From contig OZ244650.1 in the NCBI GenBank assembly GCA_965218785.1, positions 1,760,001 to 1,824,000 on the forward strand: a stretch of DNA of 64,000 bases. Reading direction: 5' to 3'. This DNA comes from Nitrosopumilus sp. GTDB taxonomy: Archaea; Thermoproteota; Nitrososphaeria; Nitrososphaerales; Nitrosopumilaceae. A program made the position numbers and the translations under genes. The notes beneath the pieces are model-generated. The model saw only the letters and a list, made by a program, of their open reading frames with translations, ran no database searches and had not been told where the DNA came from. Shown here piece by piece: positions 19,518-29,460 of the stretch (position 1 is the stretch's first letter; each line of letters begins with the position of its first letter).

Positions 19518-20384
19518 TTATTTTCTTTTTAAAGTTCCAAATTTCTTTTCCATCTTTCGAAACTTTGAGAGTTCAACTAGGTCATTAAACTGATCAAAAT
19601 TCACAATTTTTTGTTTATACTTTGTAGTATTTCCTGATTTTTTTAGTTCTTTTAGAATATTCATGGTTGCAAATGTATTGGCATACAGCACAGATAAAGG
19701 ATATAGAATTATTTTGAATCCGATTTTGTTTAATGTTTCAGCAGAACTCAATGGAGTGGCTCCACCTTCAATCATATTTGCAACTAGTGGCGCATTAATT
19801 TCCTTTCCAATCTTTTTCATTTCTTCTAATGATTCTGGAGCTTCAATAAATATTGCACTTGCACCCGTTTTTTTATTTTGTCTTCCGCGTTCAATAGCTG
19901 CATCTAGTCCCTCAACGGCTCTTGCATCTGTCCTTGCAACAACTATGAAATCCTTGCTTTCTCTTGCATCAAGTGCAGCTGATAGTTTTTCAGTGTACTC
20001 TTCTTGTGAAATAACCTCTTTTCCTTGCATGTGGCCGCATCTTTTAGGCCATCTTTGATCTTCGAGAAAGATTCCCGAGGCTCCAGCAGATTCCAATTCT
20101 TTTACCAACTTCCACACACTGAGTGCATTTCCATAACCCGTATCAGAATCAACAATTACTGGAACTGAAACTGCCCTGCATATTCTTCTTGCGTTATCAA
20201 GTGTTTCTGCCGCTCCAATAAACCCATAATCTGGCATTCCAAACAGTGTTGCAGACGTACCATAACCCGTCTGAAACATTGCATCGAATCCAACTTTTTC
20301 TGCAATCTTTGCGCCGATTGCATCATAAACACCCGGTATGACTAGGGGCTTGTTTGACTTTAGCATACTAGACAAGCTTTTCAT
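19518..20384 (-). CDS. Isocitrate lyase/PEP mutase family enzyme (methylisocitrate lyase-like)
   Basis: DSDTGYG, EDQRWPKRCGH, VARTDA. Confidence 0.9.
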   Translation of the reverse strand: MKSLSSMLKSNKPLVIPGVYDAIGAKIAEKVGFDAMFQTGYGTSATLFGMPDYGFIGAAETLDNARRICRAVSVPVIVDSDTGYGNALSVWKLVKELESAGASGIFLEDQRWPKRCGHMQGKEVISQEEYTEKLSAALDARESKDFIVVARTDARAVEGLDAAIERGRQNKKTGASAIFIEAPESLEEMKKIGKEINAPLVANMIEGGATPLSSAETLNKIGFKIILYPLSVLYANTFATMNILKELKKSGNTTKYKQKIVNFDQFNDLVELSKFRKMEKKFGTLKRK

Positions 20385-20816
20385 AACTTTATTCTTTCTA
20401 TGAATTATTTATGATTTTAAAAAATACAGTCAAGGGATGATGGCGACACGCTTGTTTCAGGGTTAATTCCGCGTCAATTAGAATCATACAAGCCGGTAGT
20501 GACATCAATTCCAAGTGAAACTAGAGATATTTTGAATTTTTCAATCCCCACATCTTTTGTAAAAATGTCAGGCAGGATCAGATTGGGACGATGCATACAT
20601 CAATCCTCGCATCAAAAGTAATGAAAAAATGAATTTTTTGCCCTTCCTGAAAGTAGCTCATTATGAGGATTTTTCCGTTTTTTTTTGTTTTGCAAGCTAT
20701 CTAGAGGCAAAAGTAATCATTGCAGATGAATACAGGATACAATCACACCAGAATTCATTCTCATTGGGTAGTGGCTCTTGAGGAGTTTTTATCAGAACGG
20801 AGATGAGAAATAAATA

Positions 20817-21179
20817 ATGACGACTGTATGTAAAAACATGCAAAAAGTGTTCTCATGTATAGGGGTACACTACATATTTTTGATAATTACCATATTTGTA
20901 TTATTTATTTCACAGGCATTTGCACAACATTATCATCGCAATCTTTACTCCTCGCCCGTATTTGTTATGTTTAACAATCCTCCATTTACAGCTGGATTAC
21001 TTTTTGGAATTCTTGGCATAATTGGTGTTTGTATATTTTTTATAATTCTATGGCGCAAAAGTAACCCTGCTAGAATCAAGTGGTTATGTCTCATCATCTC
21101 TTTGTCAGCACTACTATTTTTTTCATTATTTCGTGTCCTGAGTCATTTAACATTCGAAATAGTTCAGTTATTATGGTAA
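20817..21179 (+). CDS. Hypothetical membrane protein
   Basis: 120 aa with a signal-like segment ending SQAFAQH and two further hydrophobic helices. Confidence 0.5.
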   Translation: MTTVCKNMQKVFSCIGVHYIFLIITIFVLFISQAFAQHYHRNLYSSPVFVMFNNPPFTAGLLFGILGIIGVCIFFIILWRKSNPARIKWLCLIISLSALLFFSLFRVLSHLTFEIVQLLW

Positions 21180-21481
21180 CCGTATGTAAAGAAAAAACGA
21201 AATTCAGATGGTACTGGAATACCCCATCTGGAAAAAATAGTTTCCAAGAAAAAAACAAATTATTAGGACAAAAAACTAGTTGGTTTTACTAAGCTAAACA
21301 CGAATAACCAAACTGGGGTGTTTTGAGAATAATTCACAAACTTGTGCTTCTCGCCATACAACTAACATCAGAATCAGAAGTGGTCATCCGGATCAGAATT
21401 CAAAAACCATCAAATGTTGTCGTATAGTAAATGATACCTTACATGTGTGAAAAACGGATCAATTTTACTTTGCAAAGATAC

Positions 21482-21988
21482 CTATTCTATATTGATCCGT
21501 TTTCCTTTCTTCTTTACGTTCTCTTCAATTTTTTTAAGTTCGTCTTTGAGGAAATTTTTATATTTTTGAGTCTCTTCAGCGGTCATATTTGCAACATTTG
21601 AGCTTAGAATACAACCCATTGTTGATATCCTTTCAATCAAATCTATCGCGACAAATCGTCCAACATTGCCCAATCTAAACAGGACATCTAGTTGATTTTT
21701 TACAATATCATTAATCTTATCAACATCAGATGCAGTATCTGATCCTTTTTTCGTCAACTGATATTTTCCATCTCCTGCTTCATCAATCAAACCTTCATCA
21801 AGCAGTCTCCCCAACAAAGGATAGATCAATCCAGGTGATGGCTTCCAAATTCCATTACTTTGTTCAACTGCATAATCGATAATCTCCTTTCCAGTATGGG
21901 ATTTCTTTTTTAGCAGTTCTAAAATGAAATATCTTGAAAATCCTCTAGGAATCGAACTTCCAACTCTCTGAAACCATTCAGAAATCAT
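21482..21988 (-). CDS. PadR family transcriptional regulator
   Basis: PRGFSRYFILELL, WKPSPGLIYPLLGRL, YQLTKKG; start at MISEWFQR. Confidence 0.92.
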   Translation of the reverse strand: MISEWFQRVGSSIPRGFSRYFILELLKKKSHTGKEIIDYAVEQSNGIWKPSPGLIYPLLGRLLDEGLIDEAGDGKYQLTKKGSDTASDVDKINDIVKNQLDVLFRLGNVGRFVAIDLIERISTMGCILSSNVANMTAEETQKYKNFLKDELKKIEENVKKKGKRINIE

Positions 21989-22010
21989 CACTAGTGATAT
22001 CACTAGTGAT
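21987..22010. promoter_or_regulatory. 24-bp perfect palindrome (ATCACTAGTGAT x2), probable operator
   Basis: ATCACTAGTGATATCACTAGTGAT overlaps the PadR start codon. Confidence 0.65.
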
Positions 22011-22360
22011 ATATTTTAATATTTTGGATGCTTCTGCTACATATTTGGCTGATCTTTCTTCATGTTACAATTCGGCTGATTATGCGAGTTCTGCTACGGA
22101 TTCGGATGTTTTCTTGGGGTGTTATAATTCGGATAATCAGGCACTTGGGACTTTTTATCGGTCTTCATCCCTACTTGACGTGGGTACGATGATTTCCGGC
22201 CGTATCATCTTTGAGATCAAAAGGGGTAAAATCACATAAGGACCTGACTATTTTGTTAAATACGGTGGATCATGACTGTTTGGCACTAATTTTGCCAACA
22301 TTTGGAACATCCTGTCAATTACTACATATTTAACTCGCTCAAAGCAAGTTTGTCTGAAAA

Positions 22361-24073
22361 ATGGTCGATTCTATAGACTTTGATTTAATAATTTGCGGTT
22401 CTGGTCTAGCTGGCTTGAGGGCTGCCATAGCTGCTGCAAAAAAGGGCCCCAATCTCAAAATTGGAATTGTTTCAAAACTGCAAGTAATGCGTTCTCATTC
22501 CGTGTCTGCAGAAGGAGGAACAGCCGCCGTTCTTTTTGAAGACGAGGGAGACACGGTTGAATCTCATATTTATGATACCGTTAAAGGAAGTGACTTTCTT
22601 GCAGACCAAGACGTAGCTGAAAAACTTTGTGCAGAAATGCCAAAGGAAATTTATCAGCTGGATCATTGGGGAATGCCATGGTCTAGAAGGGACGATGGCA
22701 GGATTGATCAGCGAAACTTTGGCGGCTACAGCTTTCCAAGAGCGACATATGCATCTGACAAAGTTGGCTTTTTTGAAATGCAGACTCTTTATGATACATG
22801 CCAGAAATTTGAGAATATTGAATATCTTAACGAATGGTTTGCAACATCGATTGTTCATGATGGAAAACAATTCATGGGTCTTACTGCAATAGAACTGTCT
22901 TCAGGTACATTTTACACAATCAGGGGAAAAGCCCTCATTATTGCAACCGGCGGAGCTGGAAGAATGTATAGTTTTTCAACTTATGCGCTGTCATCGACTC
23001 CCGACGGATTGGACATGGGATTACGTGCAGGTATGGCACTAAAGGACATGGAGTTTGTACAGTTTCACCCAACAGGGATTTTACCATCCGGAATTTTGAT
23101 TACAGAGGGGGCAAGGGGAGAGGGCGGTTACCTGTTAAATAACAAGGGTGAACGGTTCATGAAGAAATACGCTGTGAGTAAAATGGAATTAGCTCCGCGT
23201 GATATTGTATCAAGATCAATAATGACGGAGATTCAGGAAGGCAACGGATTCAAACACGAGACGGGGGTTGACTGTATGAAGCTTGACTTGCGACATATTG
23301 GCGATGAAAAAATTAAGGAAAAGCTAGGAGGGATTAGAGAAATATCCATTAAATTCTCAGGAATTGATCCTGCTGAGGAACTGCTTGACATTAGGCCTGT
23401 CTGTCATTATATGATGGGGGGATTGCACACTGATATTCAGGGTGCTACAGAAATTCAGGGTGTTTGGGCCGCAGGTGAAGCAGCATGCAACAGTGTCCAC
23501 GGCTCTAATCGTCTGGGCGCAAATTCAACCTCAGAATGCATAGTTTGGGGCAGAATTACAGGCGAGCTGGCAGTGGAATACATTCAGAACAATACCCAGT
23601 CTAGTCCTTGGCCCCATCATCTGGTTGCAGCAGAGGAAAAGAGAATCTATGACGGCATATTTAGAGGAAGTGGCGGTGTAAATCCGTATGAAATTAGACA
23701 GCAGCTCACCGATACCATGAACGAAAAGGCATATGTTTACAGAAATCAAACCGATCTTGTGGAAGGGCTTCACAGAATTCGTGAACTAAAAAAACAGGCT
23801 TGGAGGCATGTTGATGACAAGGCAAAAGAATACAACACCAATTTTTCAAACGTCATGGAACTTGATTCCATGTTCCGAGTGGCAGAGATCATATTACTTG
23901 GCGCAATCAACAGAAGGGAATCCCGCGGGGCCCATGCAAGAACCGATTATACCAAACGTGATGATGCAAACTTTTTACACCACACACTTGCATACTATGA
24001 TCCAGACGAGCCAATAATGAAGACACATCCGGTAACAATTACAAAGTATCAGCCAGTGGAGAGGAAATATTAA
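22361..24073 (+). CDS. sdhA: Succinate dehydrogenase flavoprotein subunit
   Basis: [37 protein letters not shown]. Confidence 0.97.
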   Translation: MVDSIDFDLIICGSGLAGLRAAIAAAKKGPNLKIGIVSKLQVMRSHSVSAEGGTAAVLFEDEGDTVESHIYDTVKGSDFLADQDVAEKLCAEMPKEIYQLDHWGMPWSRRDDGRIDQRNFGGYSFPRATYASDKVGFFEMQTLYDTCQKFENIEYLNEWFATSIVHDGKQFMGLTAIELSSGTFYTIRGKALIIATGGAGRMYSFSTYALSSTPDGLDMGLRAGMALKDMEFVQFHPTGILPSGILITEGARGEGGYLLNNKGERFMKKYAVSKMELAPRDIVSRSIMTEIQEGNGFKHETGVDCMKLDLRHIGDEKIKEKLGGIREISIKFSGIDPAEELLDIRPVCHYMMGGLHTDIQGATEIQGVWAAGEAACNSVHGSNRLGANSTSECIVWGRITGELAVEYIQNNTQSSPWPHHLVAAEEKRIYDGIFRGSGGVNPYEIRQQLTDTMNEKAYVYRNQTDLVEGLHRIRELKKQAWRHVDDKAKEYNTNFSNVMELDSMFRVAEIILLGAINRRESRGAHARTDYTKRDDANFLHHTLAYYDPDEPIMKTHPVTITKYQPVERKY

Positions 24074-24505
24074 TTGACCCAAGACGAACACAAAGAAGGC
24101 ATTGGCGGCATGGCCAATCCGCGCCGTTATGGAATTGAAAGGGTCGCATACTGGTTGATGCGATTAAGTGGGCTGGGGCTCTTGGCATATTTTGTAGCTC
24201 ATATTTATGAAACAAGCAACATTCTTCGTGGCAAGGTCGGATGGGACGAGGTAATAGAAATGACACAGACTACAGAGGGGCATGCAGTTTTGGCAATTGT
24301 AATTGGAATGTGTGTGTTTCATACTGTTAACGGAATTAGAGTGATGCTGGGGCATGGCGGGATAGGCGTAGGCAAGCCTGCAAGGCCTGATTATCCATAC
24401 AAGCCAGCATCACAAAATTACAGGCAGAAGATCGGCATTTATTCAGCAATTTTTCTTGCGGCAATTGCAATGATGTACGGTCTGGCAGTCATGTTCGGTG
24501 AGTGA
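24074..24505 (+). CDS. sdhC: Succinate dehydrogenase cytochrome b subunit
   Basis: MRLSG...AHI, HTVNGIR; operon position. Confidence 0.88.
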   Translation: MTQDEHKEGIGGMANPRRYGIERVAYWLMRLSGLGLLAYFVAHIYETSNILRGKVGWDEVIEMTQTTEGHAVLAIVIGMCVFHTVNGIRVMLGHGGIGVGKPARPDYPYKPASQNYRQKIGIYSAIFLAAIAMMYGLAVMFGE

Positions 24506-24506
24506 G

Positions 24507-24851
24507 ATGAGAGAAAGCACGATAATGAAAATTCACTACGGAACGGCAATTGCCGCCGTAGTACTGGTGGCAGTTCATGTTTTGATGCGTTTTACGACCA
24601 ATTTTGCAGATTCCCTAGAGTATGAGACGGTCCTTGCCAACTACAAATTCATCCCATATGCTGCAATGTTGGAACTGATACTAATCCTGCTTTCAATTCA
24701 CGGATTTAACGGACTGAGAGTCATCTTGTTGGAATTAAAACAGGGAAGGCTTTACGAAAAAGCTGTTTCTTATGGTTGTCTTTGTGCAATGATTGGTTTA
24801 ATAGTATACGGCTCGAGAACAATTATCATGACTAACATGGGGATGGTGTAA
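24507..24851 (+). CDS. sdhD: Succinate dehydrogenase membrane anchor
   Basis: HGFNGLRVILLE; operon position. Confidence 0.85.
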   Translation: MRESTIMKIHYGTAIAAVVLVAVHVLMRFTTNFADSLEYETVLANYKFIPYAAMLELILILLSIHGFNGLRVILLELKQGRLYEKAVSYGCLCAMIGLIVYGSRTIIMTNMGMV

Positions 24852-24852
24852 A

Positions 24853-25620
24853 ATGGCACAGGTATCTAGTATTGCAAATGAACAGACATCAACGCCGTTG
24901 TCTTCTTCAAAGTCAGTCAAACTTCGAATTTCAAGATATAATCCAAAGTATGATGAAGCAAGCGGATTCATGGAGTTTGATGTTCCATATGAGAAATGGA
25001 CGACTGTTCTAGAGGCAATCCTTGAAGTCAAAAAACATTTTGATCATTCAATAGCAGCCCGCTATTCCTGTAGACAGGCTACGTGTGGTTCATGTGGAAT
25101 GATGATTAATGGAAAGCCAAGGCTTGCATGTTTTACAAAAATCAGTGAACTAAATTCCAAGGTCATTACAGTTGAACCAATGAGTAATTTCCCAGTCATC
25201 CGTGATCTGGCAGTAAAGTTTGAAAGGCTGTTTGACACCCATCATAAAATCAAGCCATACATTATCCGTGATGACAGTGAGATAGAGTCGGATCAAAAGG
25301 AATTCTTGCAGTCTCCCGAGGAAGTCGAACAGTACATCCAGTTTTCCAACTGTATCAAATGCGGCTTGTGTAATTCCGCATGCCCTACAATGGCAACAGA
25401 TTCTTCATTTGTCGGACCGCAGGCATTAGCTCAAGCATATCGCTATGTTGCAGATAGCAGAGACAAGGGAAAAGACTCTAGGCTAAAGATAATTGATGAA
25501 TCCCACGGCATATGGAGGTGTCATTTTGCCGGTTCCTGCAGCCAGGTATGTCCAAAAGGAGTTGATCCGGCGATGGGAATCCAGTTACTTAGGGGCTATC
25601 TGCTGGGATTCAAAAGCTAG
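24853..25620 (+). CDS. sdhB: Succinate dehydrogenase Fe-S subunit
   Basis: SCRQATCGSC, CIKCGLCNSACP, CHFAGSCSQVCP. Confidence 0.96.
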   Translation: MAQVSSIANEQTSTPLSSSKSVKLRISRYNPKYDEASGFMEFDVPYEKWTTVLEAILEVKKHFDHSIAARYSCRQATCGSCGMMINGKPRLACFTKISELNSKVITVEPMSNFPVIRDLAVKFERLFDTHHKIKPYIIRDDSEIESDQKEFLQSPEEVEQYIQFSNCIKCGLCNSACPTMATDSSFVGPQALAQAYRYVADSRDKGKDSRLKIIDESHGIWRCHFAGSCSQVCPKGVDPAMGIQLLRGYLLGFKS

Positions 25621-25940
25621 CTGGATTTTTTTGGATTCGGACTGTTATTTACTTGATTGTTGATTTGCTCGGCCATAAAGTGATTTGAGACATTTACCTT
25701 CACATCATCTACCCCATCTACCTTTAGGAGGTTATCATGTACGTCCTGGCAAATCTTAAACCCGAAAACTGCCGGGCAGAAGGGACTGGTAAGATGCAAA
25801 TCAACTTTAACGTCGTTGTTGTTGATGTCAACCTCGTCAATTAATTCCAGTTCAACAATGGATGTGTTGATTTCCGGATCCACGATCTTTGATAACTCAT
25901 CGAAGATTTTTACTCTGAGCTGCTTGATATCTTGACTCAT
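25617..25940 (-). CDS. MIP18/SufT (DUF59) Fe-S cluster assembly factor
   Basis: VDPEINTSIVELELI, LTSPFCP; start at MSQDIKQ. Confidence 0.9.
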   Translation of the reverse strand: MSQDIKQLRVKIFDELSKIVDPEINTSIVELELIDEVDINNNDVKVDLHLTSPFCPAVFGFKICQDVHDNLLKVDGVDDVKVNVSNHFMAEQINNQVNNSPNPKKSS

Positions 25941-25988
25941 GTCGGCAAAAGCGTTGTTGCTATATATAACCATTATAGAACCTTAGGT

Positions 25989-27446
25989 ATGTATCGTTCA
26001 CGTCTTGGTACTGATCTGAGTGATATTACTTTGAATTATGTTTCATCAGTCAAGGATGATTCTGAGATAGCCTTTTATGACATCCTTGGAAGTCAGGCCC
26101 ACGCTTTGATGCTGTTTCAGAATAATATCATAACAGGCAGTGATGCCAAAAAAATCCTGACTGCCCTGGAGGGTTTGAAGGATGAAAAATTCAATGCCCC
26201 ATCTGGTGCAGAGGATATCCATGAGCTAATTGAGACACTGGTGATTAAAAAAGCTGGAATGGCCAGTGGTGGAAAAATGCATACTGCCAGATCTCGAAAT
26301 GATCAGGTCGTACTAGATATTCGAATGAAGATAAGGGACGATATCAACATCATCTGTAATTGTCTTTTAGATACAATAGAATCTCTTGTATCTGTGGCAA
26401 AAAATCACCAAAAAACAATCATGCCGTTATACACACATCTTCAGCAAGCACAGGCGGGTCTGTTTTCCCATTATCTTTTAGCACAGGCTGATGTTTTAAC
26501 AAGGGATTTTGAAAGGCTGTTTGGAACGTTTGAAAGAATAAACCAGAGTCCGCTTGGTGCAGGACCTGTCGGCGGAACAAGCATTCCCATTGACAGACAT
26601 AGCACTGCAAAGATGTTGGGTTTTGATGGCCTGGTTGAAAATTCAATCGATGCGACAAGTACGCGGGATTTTGTAGCAGAATACGTTGCAATGATTTCAA
26701 TTCTAATGACTAATCTTAGTAGAATTTCCGAGGATTTTGTTATTTGGTCAACTTCTGAATTCTCGTTTATTGAACTGTCTGATGAGTTCACGTCTCCGTC
26801 TAGTGTGATGCCACAGAAAAAGAATCCCGACATCTTGGAACTCACGCGCGGGAAAACAGCCGAGGTCATTGGCAATTTGACTGCGGTTCTAACAACGATT
26901 AAGGGATTGGCATCCGGATATGGACGGGATCTGCAACAGATTAAATCCTCTATTTGGTCTACCTCAAAAATTTCTATTAGCGCACTGATAATTTTAAAAT
27001 CAGTTCTTTTGACATTAAAAGTAAATGAAAAACAAATGAAAAAGGCAACTGAATCCAGCAATCTAATTGCGTTGGATATTGCCGAAAAGTTAGTCCAGGA
27101 GGGAATTCCGTTTAGAGTGACACATAAAATTTCAGGAGTACTAGTTCAACTAGCTCATAATTCAAAAAAACCAATTTCAAAATTGACGTTCTCTGAAATT
27201 AAAAAATCCGTGGTTGACACTAGAGTTGATCCTAAAATGGTCTCAAAAATCATATCTTCTACAACTGTGGTGTCTTCGCTCAAGGACAGAAGATCTTTTG
27301 GTTCTTCAGGCTATGATGAGCAAAAAAGAATGATTTCAGATAGAATTCAAAAAATTAATCAATACAGATCTGATGTATTGCAAAGAGAAAATAAAATCAA
27401 TGCATCAATTGATGATTTGAAAAAACAAATCAAGGCAATAATTTAA
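25989..27446 (+). CDS. argH: Argininosuccinate lyase
   Basis: EDIH, HTARSRNDQ, YTHLQQAQ, SSVMPQKKNPD. Confidence 0.97.
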   Translation: MYRSRLGTDLSDITLNYVSSVKDDSEIAFYDILGSQAHALMLFQNNIITGSDAKKILTALEGLKDEKFNAPSGAEDIHELIETLVIKKAGMASGGKMHTARSRNDQVVLDIRMKIRDDINIICNCLLDTIESLVSVAKNHQKTIMPLYTHLQQAQAGLFSHYLLAQADVLTRDFERLFGTFERINQSPLGAGPVGGTSIPIDRHSTAKMLGFDGLVENSIDATSTRDFVAEYVAMISILMTNLSRISEDFVIWSTSEFSFIELSDEFTSPSSVMPQKKNPDILELTRGKTAEVIGNLTAVLTTIKGLASGYGRDLQQIKSSIWSTSKISISALIILKSVLLTLKVNEKQMKKATESSNLIALDIAEKLVQEGIPFRVTHKISGVLVQLAHNSKKPISKLTFSEIKKSVVDTRVDPKMVSKIISSTTVVSSLKDRRSFGSSGYDEQKRMISDRIQKINQYRSDVLQRENKINASIDDLKKQIKAII

Positions 27447-27527
27447 CGATGGGAATGGGGGCAGGTCATAGATGATTTGGAGTTAAAACATAACAAAAAA
27501 TCGACATTTTTCCATCTGTTTTTACAA

Positions 27528-28082
27528 TTATGACGACAAACCTGCCTTTTTCTTTTTTTGATAATTTTCAACAAGACTGTTAATCCACAATGCGATTGGT
27601 ACCCAAAAAATTAAATTGCCAAAAACAAACACTATTGGAAATAAGAAAGTCATTTTGATACTTTCAAGGGGATAATAAAAAAGAGCTCCAATTAAAACAA
27701 CAGGTAAATTTAGATAACTCGGTATTGGTCCTAAACCTAAATCTTGTGGAATTTGTAAAATCAAATTTCCATATATCTGCAATCCAACAACAAGTGATAG
27801 CTTTAGTTTATTCATAATAAAAAAGGATGTGTCGGTATAAACTACAAAGAATGTCAGTAATGATAACACACCCAAGTATGCAATGAATGGATATGTCTCA
27901 GATAAGGACCCATCAAGTATTATCAGTGGCACGTCCAATAGAATCAATGTGAGCAAACCAATGAATCCCAGAGATAGAATAAGCATTAATGGTACGATAA
28001 AAATTTTTATTTTTTCTACTAATTTTTTGAAAAAATTTAAAACGGTTTCAACTTTTAGATAAGACATTTTATTTTTAATCAT
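27528..28082 (-). CDS. Hypothetical multi-pass membrane protein (AT-rich, island edge)
   Basis: 184 aa ORF with about five hydrophobic segments. Confidence 0.6.
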   Translation of the reverse strand: MIKNKMSYLKVETVLNFFKKLVEKIKIFIVPLMLILSLGFIGLLTLILLDVPLIILDGSLSETYPFIAYLGVLSLLTFFVVYTDTSFFIMNKLKLSLVVGLQIYGNLILQIPQDLGLGPIPSYLNLPVVLIGALFYYPLESIKMTFLFPIVFVFGNLIFWVPIALWINSLVENYQKKKKAGLSS

Positions 28083-28217
28083 TGGGATAATTCTTCTACA
28101 GATTCTAATTTTAACTTTTTATCAATTTGATATTGAACTATTAGGTCAGAGTCTTTGTCTTTCCCCCCCCCCAGAAAAAAGATTATTACTTAAATCATAA
28201 ACATTCAGAGTCATACT

Positions 28218-28394
28218 ATGGCAGATATACCCGGCAGGAGTCAGATTAGAAAGGGCGTTTGTGTATCCATTGAGACAAAGGAGAATCAAAGAACCGGCAA
28301 CCTCACAGACGGGACAGTAAATGAGATTCTGACCTCTAGTGAATTCCACCCCCCTGCTTCTGTCATGCTACAAAGCGTAACTGACATAAAATGA
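28218..28394 (+). pseudogene. Truncated YwbE/DUF2196-family gene fused to unrelated sequence
   Basis: MADIPGRSQIRKGVCVSIETKENQRTGNLTDGTVNEILTSSEFHP matches YwbE up to HP; the expected HGIKV-x-L-x-x-G-x-x-GRV tail is missing. Confidence 0.75.
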
Positions 28395-28790
28395 AGGTCT
28401 TTCTTACTGCATTATCATCAGACGTATTAGAAAAAGATGAGGACTGGATAAACTATGTTGCCTTGAGTCTAACTGACGTGCCCATGATATCATGGAAAGA
28501 CGGCGATCATAAAATATTTGAAAACAACCTTGTAGCAATATCTCATAAATTCAGGCGTCTTGCGTCCATGCATTTTGCAGATGTTTCTGATAATTTTGTA
28601 AAACCGTCCTATCAGGTGGCGGTAACACATGCGGATGGAAGCGGGCATTACAACGGTGTCATTAAGGTTAGAACAAAAAAAATAAATGCAGAGACTTGCA
28701 GATAATATAATAAAAGATATGAAGAAAAATGGATTTACAAACAACAAGGACATAAATGCACTCATAGCGATACTGAATTCTAGATCATAA
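28356..28790 (+). pseudogene. C-terminal fragment of a large protein, possibly an SspC/DUF6079-like defence ATPase
   Basis: ASVMLQSVTDIK/MKVFLTALSSD...DWINYVALSLTDVPMISWKDGDHKIFENNL...FRRL, then a second frameshift to LADNIIKDMKKNG...LIAILNSRS-stop. The W-x-D-x-D-x-x-x-F pattern is recalled from SspC-type C-termini. Confidence 0.45.
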
Positions 28791-29377
28791 TGGATATAAT
28801 TATTGTAGCTGCAATGGATGTTTCTGGTGATCCTAGTATTGGCAATCATGGATTTATTGGAATTGTTATTGGTACAAAAGAAAGTATCGATTCAATGGCA
28901 AAACATCTGGGATCGAATAAAATTCATATGAGTGAAATCAAACATAAAAAAGATCGTGATAGCATCATCTCTCAATTAAAATTTGATAATAGAAATAACA
29001 TTGCACTCTGTGTTAAACTGAATCGTGATGTTGTGATTAGTAGGATAAGAAAGATGAAAAGAATTAGACAACAAAATATTCCAAACAAAAAAATTCTACG
29101 TGCATATAATAAATTTGTACTATATCATTTGCGAGAAAAGATTACAAATTTTTTAACTAAATATGGATATACGTTGTCAGATATTGTTTTCGAGTGTGAT
29201 ATGGATTGTAGAACATTGCTAAAAGATAATGGACTCGGTTATACGGACAAGAATACAGCACACATGCTGTCGGATATTATTGCATGGGCCAACAACAACA
29301 ATAAAGAACCAAAAGGAGTAATTTCAATTGATCTTACGGAGATAATTGAAATAGAATTGAAAAAGGCATTTAGATAG
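28790..29377 (+). CDS. DUF3800-like protein (predicted RNase H-like fold)
   Basis: Intact 195-aa ORF with N-terminal strand ending MDVSGD, IHMSE, central FECD and C-terminal HMLSDIIAW, which follow the DESG...LH...D...QLADxxA pattern of DUF3800. Confidence 0.6.
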   Translation: MDIIIVAAMDVSGDPSIGNHGFIGIVIGTKESIDSMAKHLGSNKIHMSEIKHKKDRDSIISQLKFDNRNNIALCVKLNRDVVISRIRKMKRIRQQNIPNKKILRAYNKFVLYHLREKITNFLTKYGYTLSDIVFECDMDCRTLLKDNGLGYTDKNTAHMLSDIIAWANNNNKEPKGVISIDLTEIIEIELKKAFR

Positions 29378-29380
29378 ATG

Positions 29381-29460
29381 AAAACAGCCGTACCCACATG
29401 AGCCCCTGGCTCGCCAACTGGATAGTCCCGTTGACCCAAGGGATTCGAGTACGGTTAATC
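29381..29460 (-). ncRNA. Putative structured small RNA convergent with the DUF3800-like gene
   Basis: Minus strand: 9-bp closing stem CCGUACUCG/UGGGUACGG, hairpins UCCC-UUG..CAA-GGGA and GAGCC/GGCUC, TATA-like TTTATTAT about 25 nt upstream, UUUU just after the stem. Confidence 0.55.

Noticed and set aside
20475-20600. MHRPNLILPDIF as a response-regulator remnant
   Set aside because: Only a few residues resemble a receiver domain; not supportable.
21994-22239. 81-aa ORF starting in the palindrome
   Set aside because: Its MISLV start mirrors the padR upstream frame because of the palindrome; no supporting motifs.
29239-29439. 66-aa minus-strand ORF over the putative sRNA as a protein antitoxin
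   Set aside because: Starts at TTG and mostly shadows the DUF3800-like gene; the base-pairing pattern explains the sequence better. It is not fully excluded.
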